NCBI GenBank assembly: GCA_021432655.1
Contig: MU271487.1
Span: 1-53,899, forward strand
Length of the DNA: 53,899 nt
Origin: Atractiella rhizophila
Lineage: Eukaryota
Direction of reading: 5' to 3'
Shown: piece by piece, positions 23,653-33,985 of the stretch
Numbering within the stretch: the first letter of the stretch is position 1
How the letters are laid out: each line of letters begins with the position of its first letter
Notes under the pieces: generated by a model
What the model was told of the DNA's origin: nothing
Seen by the model: only the letters and a program-made list of their open reading frames with translations
The model's database searches: none
Position numbers and translations under genes: made by a program

Positions 23653-23744
23653 CGACGAAGACCTTTCTTCTCCCATCCACAAATTCAACAAATCTAGCGC
23701 TTAACAACATCACCACAACAGCCTTTATCAAATAAATCACCAAC

Positions 23745-24354
23745 ATGACCAAATCCTTCAACACCGTTGTGTACAAGCCCGACTCTCAATCCACCAACGA
23801 GTACATCGCCGTGATTTCAGATGTTGCCCTTTACAAGAAATGGCAAGAAGGAGGTGCGTCTCTTTCCATCTGTCATCGGGTACGGCTTTGTTGATTCTCT
23901 GCTTCTGGTGGGGCAGACAAGTGCGTTTTATCATTATCGATCCGTCGGAGATTAATGAGAATCGTCTGAAGGACCGTCCCAATTGCTGAGTTTGTAGACA
24001 CTTTTGAGATCTTTCACACCGGTACTGGGACGCAAGGCATCCTTCAGCGGCCGTCAAAGCAGGAGCTAGACACTGTGTTTGAGACACATAACGTTCGTCT
24101 CCGGTTTCCCCACTATCGAACTACATATTGAAATTTGGTGCCGATGTAGGACACTGCTGTCATAACCATTGTCCTTGAGAAAGGAACGTTAAAGACAGGA
24201 GCAGAGATCAAGGGGTATGGATCCAAGGTACGTTGTTTCGTCCATGTCTAGGAAGGTCAACGGAGATCACTCATTCTGTTTGACTCGAATCCAGAATGAT
24301 GCGAAATCAGGAGGCAACCAAGTGTCGAAGGGTGCGACCGGCGGAGGAAGGTAG
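23745..24354 (+). CDS. RTC3: SBDS-N-terminal-domain-only protein (Rtc3/SDO1-like)
   Basis: Spliced: MTKSFNTVVYKPDSQSTNEYIAVISDVALYKKWQEGDKTVPIAEFVDTFEIFHTGTGTQGILQRPSKQELDTVFETHN-DTAVITIVLEKG...GGGR*. Confidence 0.85.
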
Positions 24355-24570
24355 TCTGTTCAATAAGAATGAAATAAAGCAAAGACAATCTGTATTTCTG
24401 GACAACAATAATGTTATACCAATAACCTGCTCGCGAAAGCAGATTTACTTATCATACTCACGGCGCGATTTCAGAAGCTACGGAACAAACATGTCTTGAA
24501 TTGGAACTGTTTCAATGGTACAAAATCAGGCGAGGTATGAGATCCATGTACTGCCAGACGATCACTACTT

Positions 24571-26669
24571 TTAAATGCTCTTCCCATCATCGCTCCCCAA
24601 GCTACTAGCAATGTCAGACTTCTCCATCATGTGTTCTTCCTTCTTATCCATCTCGTCCATCCCTCCCTCGATCCTTCCGTTCTTCCCATTTCCAATCTGC
24701 TCGCGCGGTGAATGTCTCACCCTAACCTTTCCATCAACGAACAGCTCGTCGATCTCCTCCAGCGAGAGGTTGGCGGTCTCAGGGAAGAAGAGGTAGAGCA
24801 GTGGGATCATGGCGAAGTTCGCGAGAGCCCATGGGATGTAGAACTTGTAACCGATGTTGTTGATACCGGAAGGAGTGATTTGAATAACGATGAAGTTCCA
24901 AAGGAACTGGGTGGCCGCTCTGTTCCCAATGTATCTTATCAGTCCTACTCTGCGCAGAAGTCAGGAGTTACTGACCCTAGACCTGCGGCTCGCGAACGAC
25001 AAGCAAGAGCTGATATTTCAGCACCATAAATCCAACCTAGAGCGCCACCTTAGCATCCGAAGAGAAGTGAACAGTTGGCATACCAGGAGCTAACCAGCCG
25101 AAGCTGAAGAAGTCAAGGAAGAGAAACAGCCCGACAGTTGCGACGTAAGGAGCAGCAGAGGATGAACCCAGATGGGCGACACCTCCAGCTCTGTATAGCC
25201 CATAATGTGAGTGTGGAGGTCTAGAGAGAAGAATGGAGAAAGGTACAGCATGCATTGGCCCACTCCGCAGAAGAAGCAGGCGACCATCATCGTTCTCACT
25301 CTCCCCAGACGTTCGATGGCGAATAAGCACCCGATTGCGCAGAACAGAAGACCCGTCAGTCCTAATCCTCCAAGAACGAGCAGAGCTTTCCGTGGCTCCA
25401 TCACTGTATAAAGAATTGGCCCGGCATAATAGGTGGCCATGTTGATTCCCGTTGCTTGCTGCGCGCACCTGTCAGATACGTATTGTTGCAGACGAAATAC
25501 AAACTTGAAAGAAGTTGACTGTGATAGAAAGCAAGGTACGATATCGAAAGCACTGCTTGTTACTGCATTTCTTTGTCAATTCACATCTACATTCGTAGGG
25601 AAATGCTCACTTATCGAAACATCCTCCCTTCCCAAACCAGCCAGACCCTCCACCATTCGCAGCTTTCGCCTCTCGCTCAAGCGCCAACGCTTCCCGAATT
25701 TCAGCAACGATCCTATCCGCATCTTCCGATCCATACAACCTCCTCAAAACCGTATGAGCCTCGTCGTAACGTTCCCACTCGCAAAGGAGACGCGGTGATT
25801 CAGGTGAGAAGCAAAGACAGGATAGCGTTACCAACGCGATGATTGGCTGGATTGCAAGCGGAATTCTCCACGAAATTGGGCCGGTGGTGTAACCCTGAGA
25901 CGAGATTAACATTAGGCGAAAGTTTAAAAATTACGCGTACAAATGCGTAGGAAACCCAGAATGCGAGAGAGAGACCTGTCGAGCCTAGTACGAGTTCGAG
26001 TGCCAGAATCATGCCTCGATACCTCGGCTTTGCTGAAATTTAGTATCTCTTAGGAAGGCAAAACGTTGGGATGATGAATTATCGACGGACTCAGCTCTCC
26101 CATGTAGGTTGGGACAATGCTGCATTCGTATTCAGCTGACATGGTAAGCTCTAGTATAGAATAGGACTCACCTCGTCAAAACTCCAACTGTGAAGCCATT
26201 AATTATCCGTGCACAAATGAACATTGCAAGATTAACGGATCCCGCCTGAAGAGCTCCGCCAAAAATGGTGCCTAAAACTCCCAACCACAGAAGTCCACGG
26301 CGAGGAAGTCTGTTCCCGACGAAAGAATTGAAGAACGAGCCGAATGCAGCTCCCAACACGACTGGGCGAGGGTGTTAGCACGAGAGAAGGTGGTAGACAG
26401 TGAAAAAACATACAAGTGCCTAACACTGCTCCTTGCACATCTGTATTGGTCTCGAGAATCGGGAACCGATCAAAGAAGTCTCGAGAACCGGTCAAAGCAT
26501 TCGCTATTCCTTGGTCATACCTGCAAACACGTTAATTGACCAGCACAACAGAAAAAAATTGGACGCACCCAAAAAGCAAGAATCCGGCACAGGTTCCAAC
26601 CAGTGATACCGCAACCAGAGGCTTCCCGTGCAGGCGGTCTTCTCCAAATGGCTTCGAGAATGGCTTCAT
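24571..26669 (-). CDS. MFS sugar porter family transporter, multi-exon
   Basis: LLFG-YDQG, RIINGFTVG, PESPR, QQATGINMATYY, IERLGRVR, FFPETANLSLEEID motifs; multiple transmembrane stretches. Confidence 0.9.
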
Positions 26670-27228
26670 CTTCGCAAATAGTCAGTGGCGAGAGTTGCAG
26701 CAGACTTGCCTGTGGACATCATAATAAACGCTTCGACGCGGATAATCTATCTTTCCCCTGTGATGGTCCGCCCCGCTTCTTCAGCCTCGGATTCAGATCT
26801 AGATCTGGGTTCTTTTGTCTTTCCCCAGCAGGAAAGACGGAATCCAGTCTCTGACAATCTTAGAACAAGGATGGTTGCTTTGGTGATGGCGAAGAGTTCT
26901 CCAGTTCCCCTCATACGAAGCTATCCCATCTGTTCAGCCTCGTCTTTTTGAAGGGTGTGGAGCGACATCGAATTCTTCCCTGAACCTGGTTCAAGACTAG
27001 AGTACTAGGAAGATCTACTTTAACGAAGGGGACGACACGTCTCAACTTTGCGAAGATCTGGGCCAGGGGGATCGTGACGTCAAATGAGGAGAGCGCACAA
27101 ATGCAACCACCATAAAACGCACGGAGACGCTGCAGACGTAGTCTGATGAGGAGCAACAGAACTCAGAACGAAAACTTCAAATTTAAGACAAGACATTGGG
27201 AATTGCCACTCAAAAGTCAAGAACTGCG

Positions 27229-27912
27229 ATGAGCCAACTTCAGTCAGAATCCCCTTCTCAAGCATCTAACTGGCGCCTCGCTCCTCCTTACAAGCGTCCT
27301 CGACCGTCGGATTTCGATCCACTCTACAAGGCAACCTGTCATTGCGGCCGTATACAATACGAAATTGGGAGAGAAAAGCCGTTGAACACCAAGTACTGTC
27401 ATTGCACGAGCTGCCAGACTATGCACGGTTCGTCTCTGTCAGAAATTTGAAGAGATGCCTGAAATTAATTGTGATGCAAATGATATAAAGGTGCACCATT
27501 CCAATGGGCAGCTATTTTCGAAAAAGACGATCTCTTCTTCGTCAGTGGGCAGGAGGACCTCGTTGCCTACAACAGCACTAAGAAGGAATTGTCGCACGAA
27601 CTCCCAACAAAGATCAGTTGTGGATACTGTCGAGCTCCGATTTTGGATGAAGGAAGGAACATGTTTCTCATATTCCCGACTCTCATCAAATTCAAGGACA
27701 GAAAGGAGCAAGAGAAATTTCAGCCTGCGTACATTCTGATCCCTCTGTCGTTGTGAGATGTGAAACTAACAAGGTCGGAAAGGTGTCATATCTTTTACCA
27801 GCAACGTGTGTTGGATGTCAAGGATGGCAAACCAAAATGGAGGAAATTGGATGAACAAAGTGAAAAGATGGAGGAAGATGAAGAGCTCTCACCAGAGCTA
27901 CCACATCTCTAG
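27229..27912 (+). CDS. GFA/CENP-V (Mss4-like) zinc-binding protein
   Basis: CHCGRIQY, YCHCTSCQTMHG, CGYCRAPILDEG, CHIFYQQRVLDVKDGKPKW; two introns. Confidence 0.88.
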
Positions 27913-28439
27913 TGTAAAAACTGTTCGGATAGTGCAATGGCATGTACACCAAGTCGCACGAATACTACTGTTCCTGTCTTCCGATCACTGCATTCAGGAC
28001 AGTCAAGGCATTCAGACGTAGAGCTTACCTTGCAGCATTGAGTTTTTGGGTTACCGCTGCGTCCAGCTTGCAAATACTTTGATGTGAAAGTTCTACCGAG
28101 CTCTCTCGAGGCGGCAGGTTCTTCCTTGAGAACTGAGAGAGCTGGAAAACTGTCTGACAATAGAGGGGTAGGTATTCTAGTGCTCCTTCATCCCCTTTTG
28201 TCGACACACGAGGCTGACACCAAGTTGGCGCTGGGTAGCGGCCCCCAATCAAATTGCGCAAGTCCAGTCTCGCGAAAGACAATCGGTCACTTGCCTCCTT
28301 CCTCTTCTGCGGTCCTTAGTAATGTTGTAAGCGCGATGAGGGATACTCGGGAGAGATGTCAGTTCGGTCGTCTGGGAAGGCACTCCCTTCGATTCTGAGC
28401 TCCGGCGATTGATATGAGAGTCCACCGCCGACGTCTACC

Positions 28440-30188
28440 CTAGTCGCGTCGTACTTGGAAGAGTTTCAGGATGCCTTTGCCGCTAGTCCGCAGACTCCGA
28501 AACGCCTGACAGCCTGCTCCGGTGTACTCTCCTATCGTCCTGTTGGCAATCCCGACCTCCTCCTTGCTCCACTCTCCAAAGAATAAACGGATTTTAAGAT
28601 CCCACCTCATCTCCTTTCCATCGATCCGATCTCCCTTCTCAGCTCCCCTCACCCGCCAATCCCCAAAGAACCAGCGGACGAAGTCTGGGAAATCAAACTG
28701 ATCTACTACGCAGTACAGGAGTGTCACCTTGTTTATCCCTGTCGCATTTTTGAGGGTGCTGAAGAACCGGCGGGAAACGAGGTTAGAAGATTCCTCGCCA
28801 CCGTCAAGGAATAGACTTGTGAGGTGTGTGAGGTGTGAGAGGTCGAAGGGGGTGATTAGAATGGAGATACTGCCATTCTTTGAGAAGGGACCGAGCTCGA
28901 GAGTGATATGTTCGAGAAGGGGCGGCAGAGGGGAGCTTGAGATGGTAGGACGGAGGGGACATACATTGTGGAGAGTCAGTTCCCGGAGGCTGTGTGGGAA
29001 GGAGAGCGATGGGAGAGCTGGATAGTTTGAAAGGTATAGAGATATTAAGCCAGCAGGTAATTGAAGCCCAGCTGATATTGGGCTGGAGGCAGAAGATTCT
29101 TCAACTGTGGAAGCAGTAAAATATCTAACCCCCTTCACCCTCTGCACAATGTTCTCAACCTCCTCCTTCTTCCACTTTCTGAAGCCGTCTGTAATGATTA
29201 ACAGATGTACCCGTTTCAAGCTTGCGATTGAATTCAACACAATCTTCGCATCCTCTTCGTTCCAAAGTGCCTCCGCGCGCACGCAAGTAACATTTGGCGA
29301 ACCCAATATGACCTCTTTCACCATTTCAGCACTGATGGCCTTTTCAAGCAGCAATACGTTCCACAGATGTCCAGAATTGGGATATCGTTTTAAGCGAGCA
29401 TGCAGCTCCTCCACAGAATCTGGCTTCTCCCAATAAGGGGCCGAAACAGTCTTCCACTGCTGGCAGACTGCAGAGACTCGAGTGAAGGAAACGAGATTTT
29501 TATCATTCAGATCTTCGATGTCGTGTATTTTGTATTTGCTCAATACTAGGAACTCGAAAATAAGGGAGAGCAATTCGATAGGTAGCTGTGAGATAGTGCA
29601 TGGAGTGATCCCTTGAGTTGGGATTAGAGAGCACGAGAGTTGGATGATGGTCCCCAGACGGGAGGGTGGGGTTGGTGGTTTACGTTCAGTGAGAGGAACA
29701 AAACATCGTTCCTCGTTGGAGTATAAGGCGACGGGGACGAACGTAACCTCAGAATGATATTCTGGAAGGAAATAAAATGTGAACGTGAACGGGTCCGCGA
29801 AGGGCAGGTTGTCTGAATACACGGATAGATGATGTTTGGCATCCCCAAAAGTCACTGTGACACTTTTCTCGTCCAAGGTGACGCAAAGATTTATAACGCC
29901 ATCAGATTCGACTGCACTTTCGAGACCTTCAATTGAAAAATAGGACAACTTCGACGGCCCGTATATGGACCTCCAAAATCGAAGAGGTATAGAAAATGGG
30001 GGAGGTAAGACAAGCGTGACCCGTAGTGCGTGAATTGATGGAGGCAGGCAAGTAAAGAAGGAGGGAAGGATCGAGAGGTGGATGGGAGTCCCGTCAATCA
30101 ATGTTGCTGGGGTGATCAGATGGGCTAGCGCCATCAAATCTGGCCCTTGAGTGTTCTGGAGTAATGTCGACGTTTCTTGCTCGGTCAT
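28440..30188 (-). CDS. Intronless F-box-like/LRR-like protein (family copy 2)
   Basis: 582-aa ORF. ISQLPIELLSLIFEFL...VSAVCQQWK. Collinear homology with the other copies. Confidence 0.8.
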   Translation of the reverse strand: MTEQETSTLLQNTQGPDLMALAHLITPATLIDGTPIHLSILPSFFTCLPPSIHALRVTLVLPPPFSIPLRFWRSIYGPSKLSYFSIEGLESAVESDGVINLCVTLDEKSVTVTFGDAKHHLSVYSDNLPFADPFTFTFYFLPEYHSEVTFVPVALYSNEERCFVPLTERKPPTPPSRLGTIIQLSCSLIPTQGITPCTISQLPIELLSLIFEFLVLSKYKIHDIEDLNDKNLVSFTRVSAVCQQWKTVSAPYWEKPDSVEELHARLKRYPNSGHLWNVLLLEKAISAEMVKEVILGSPNVTCVRAEALWNEEDAKIVLNSIASLKRVHLLIITDGFRKWKKEEVENIVQRVKGVRYFTASTVEESSASSPISAGLQLPAGLISLYLSNYPALPSLSFPHSLRELTLHNVCPLRPTISSSPLPPLLEHITLELGPFSKNGSISILITPFDLSHLTHLTSLFLDGGEESSNLVSRRFFSTLKNATGINKVTLLYCVVDQFDFPDFVRWFFGDWRVRGAEKGDRIDGKEMRWDLKIRLFFGEWSKEEVGIANRTIGEYTGAGCQAFRSLRTSGKGILKLFQVRRD

Positions 30189-31949
30189 TCCCGCAGAACA
30201 GGCAGTGTAAAGCTTTACTCTCAGCGCAACAAGTCAATGAACGGAACCTGAAAAACCTGAGCACGAAGAGCGTAAAGCCGTTCACGGAAATCGATGGATT
30301 AGGCGACTCGCTTGAATTCAGGCTCGGATTGATATTGGAAGGTGGAGCGCGTTGCTGGATTTATTTCGACAAGCCCCGAGGACGGTTTCAAACGGGACTA
30401 CAGGATATTGTTCTGCATGCTGGATGTGGCCGATGAGTCGCTGTAGCACCGTACTGGAACCACGTCGGAACATTAGAATCACTGTTATTATAATCGTGCT
30501 CTCCCTGCCATTTGGCTATCCTTATGCATCGGGAATGGAATACAGGACTTAGCCATAGTGTAGTGTTATGGAGAATGTGGCCCATCTTTCGTTCAGGAAT
30601 GGGAATTGAGAACCTACAAAATGTCTCGAGAAACAAGCTTTCTTTTCAGTCGTATTGAGCTATGAGACTTATGAGGTACTCCAAAATGGACTTCGAGATT
30701 TCGATAACAATGTCAACTTCAGGATTGCTGTTAGATGCGATGTTGACCGAATCCTGTGTGCGAAATGAACAGAGTTTCGATGAGTTCACAGTTCTCACAA
30801 ATAACTAGGTCCGGAAAGAAGGGGGACTATTCACTATGTGTCCAAACAAACAATGATCGACATTCACAATGATCACTTTATTGTTTGATGTGCAATCAAC
30901 TTCATATACTGCTCAAGTGCCGCCACTGAAGTGTTTGAAACATGAGGGGCTTTGTGGAGGAAGGAAGGCAGACACTTCTGAGATCCTGACCTCGATCGGT
31001 AGGTAGGTTGATCAAGGTGGAAAGGAGATATTGTCCGATACTACTACTGGAACAAGAACTGAGAAGAGCCACTTATTTCGCTCACGGTCATGTGGGAGCT
31101 AGATGTGTGAATCGAGAAGACAATGGAGGTTTGCCTCCGCACTATGGCCTGGCTAGGAAGAGAAGAGTTAAAGCTACCGATTGAGAAAGTAAGTCGGTCA
31201 GCAAAATGCTCGACCTGAATGAGTGTCTTTCTGTTTGCTGAAGGTGTACGCATCGTATGATCGACCCCAACATGAGGGTTTATCGACGCACTTATCATTG
31301 ATCACCCCACAAATGCAAGGAAATGCAAGATTGCACGAACCCCAGCTTTGCTGGGAAAACGGAAAACAACCACCCACCTTCCCACTTTTGGTAATTCCCA
31401 CTGGAACTGTTCCCTTGTTTCCCACCACCACTGTACAATCTGATTGGAGCTGTTGGAGGCTCACTAGACTCTGGCTGAGATTTGGATCGGCGCTTGACAC
31501 GTTTGGAGGTCGCGGAGCCGATACAGAACCTTATCTCACCGAGGCAGAGATAAAATTTCGAGCAACGACCACAATCTCGAGCCCCCTATTGCCACAAAGA
31601 CTCCCTCAGCGAAATCTGCCTCAGGGCACTGCTACAGGCCAAAGACATTTCTAGACGTCTATATTGAGAGGAGGAAGGGGTCCTGTGTTACAACAGGTAC
31701 GCGGTTATTCGGTGCAACGGGTTTCACGCTTTGACCTCTATTCTTCTCGTTTTTCTCTTCTTTGGGCATCCACCAACAGGCTCGAGCTTTGTTCTCAACG
31801 TCCAGTTCCGCTCCCCTTACAGCGTAGCTACTCACGTTTTAATCGCTCTAATTCCCGCAATCCATTTCCACTCAATCCAACACGTTCGCCCACTTCTCTT
31901 TTCCACGACGAAAACGGGCTGATGAGAAGGAGGATGTAGAATATTCGCA

Positions 31950-32468
31950 ATGGCTTCCACATCCAGTTTCGTGCTCACTCCAACGAGATCCCCTCCTCGA
32001 ACCCCGCCTCCAGCGCGCCAAACACTCTCTCTGCGCCTGCTCTCACCGCCACCGCTTCCCAAGGTCCCATCTTCGCGTCGTCCCCCTCTCCCACCGTCTG
32101 GAGAGGTGCGCAGCTCCTCGTTACGGCTGCAAAACGCGCTTGGATTCTCGCGTTCTTCGCGATCGTCCCCGATATCGACGAAGAACCCCAATCCGAAGAT
32201 GGCGAGGCTGCAGGGGAAGATAGAGAAAGGGAGGCGGAAGATTGTAGAGAAAGAGAACAAGAAGAAAGTCAAGAAAGCTTTCTCGTCGACTCCTACCGGA
32301 CTCTTTACTCCTTCGGCCTCTCCCGACGCGTTGATGGAGATAGATCAGAAGAACGTGTTTGAAGTCTCTTTCGACCGGCGGGAAAGGGAAGGAGATGAGA
32401 AGAAAGGAGAGAAGGAACGAGGGTTGAGACTCGGCATCGGCTTATTGCCGGCTTTCGAACTCGCTTGA
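31950..32468 (+). CDS. Hypothetical Ser/Pro/Arg/Lys-rich disordered protein (172 aa)
   Basis: ATG in good context (gcaATGg); compositionally distinct from flanks; no recognised domain. Confidence 0.5.
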   Translation: MASTSSFVLTPTRSPPRTPPPARQTLSLRLLSPPPLPKVPSSRRPPLPPSGEVRSSSLRLQNALGFSRSSRSSPISTKNPNPKMARLQGKIEKGRRKIVEKENKKKVKKAFSSTPTGLFTPSASPDALMEIDQKNVFEVSFDRREREGDEKKGEKERGLRLGIGLLPAFELA

Positions 32469-33985
32469 TTGAGGTGCGTCGCTTTTACTCCCGCGGATGG
32501 ATGGGAGTTGATGAGGTGCTGTGCTGGACAGCGTCGTTTTCTACTTGGTGGTGCATATCAGCAGTATCAGTGAGAATACCCGACAGAAGAGGACCCTGCC
32601 AACGTCTCATCCAAATCGACGTTGATTATTCGTTTCACGGTCCTTAGAACGCACCGGCCCTCACCTCTAGTCGCCTTTCCCATCACGTTGGGATCTCCGT
32701 ATCTCTCGGCTGTTTTCTACATAGGTTCATATTCCCGCCGTCCGATCAGCTACCTCGGCGGATCCAACTACCCGACTACGTCTTCGTATCGTCCAAGCTG
32801 GTCGAAACGAAATTGTGACAAGTTCTGTTCAGTGCATAACGTACCTTTCGTCAGTGACAGGGTTTACTCGATATATTTGTGCCTTCTTCGAACTTCAGTA
32901 CCTCAGTTGAAAGGGTTGATATCTTTGTACGTTCGGTGGATTCTACTGTGTGAAGGAGTACCTGTCATCTTCAGTTCCTCCAAACCTGTTCTGTGATCCA
33001 TCGTGCTTGTTACTCTTGATCGACTTTTCTTCTTCATTCTTCATCGAAGCATTAACAACATTTTCACGCTGATTGACGACAACAACAAGCTTTCATAGAG
33101 GTTTTGCATCTCTTGCCGCTTCAAGCCCTTTTTTCATCGTTTCAACTCCTCCCAACCGCTTCAATCCACCTTTCAGTGCTCGATCAACTATCGATCAGTA
33201 CCTATTATTCGTCCGACCCTTCGCCTATCCCTTACTATACCTATCTATGTCTATTTGCACACGTCGCGTCGCTTGCAACCATTTCCGCTCAGTATCGGTA
33301 TCGCAGAAACTGTCTTACTGTTTCTTGTTTTCCTTTTATCCCTTTCCACTTCTTGTCCTTCCGATTCTTCTTCTGGAGCAATCTCCGCACCTAGAGAGCA
33401 GACAGCAGATCATCTTCTGACTTTGCTTGACCTTTTTTTTCACTTACGTTCTGGCTCTGTTTTCCTTACTTCTTTCGTCTTTCTTGCAAACCTTTACCGC
33501 TTCTTTTCAAGCCAGAGCTCGTATGCTTCAACATCCTCGCTCTCTTCTTTAAATTAAATTAGAGTCAAGCGCACGTGTTTTTGTACGACCACTTAGCCTT
33601 GCTTTCCCCGTCCTCCTCGTCATGTCTTTGTCATGAGATGATTACGCCCCCCGCTTTTCTCCCGTACTCGCCCCCGTTCTGCTTACCGCTTAGCCTGGAT
33701 GTCATTTCTTGTTGGTAGGAGTAGGAATGGAGTTGTTGTGTTGGTGGGAAGCATTGCAGAAATGACAATTACGTTTATCACGATTCATAGGTCCATTTAT
33801 TACCAATCTCGCTAGCTGGGTCAGGGGCGCCAGTCCGGTAAAATTGTGAGCGATATTATTGACGGGTAAAGTCGAAGACTGATCCAAGAAGCCATGATTA
33901 CAGTACAACATCACATCTAACACGAAACAGCTTGAGTCAGCATGCGAAAAATGATATCTTCGTATATGTCGTGAATCGTGAACCA

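Noticed and set aside
27143..27175. CTGATGA...GAAA hammerhead-like core (also CTGATGA-AAT-GAAAC near 44584)
   Set aside because: No proper stem II or flanking stems I/III
31044..31654. Overlapping ORFs on both strands, one Cys-rich
   Set aside because: No signal peptide, domain or consistent splice model found
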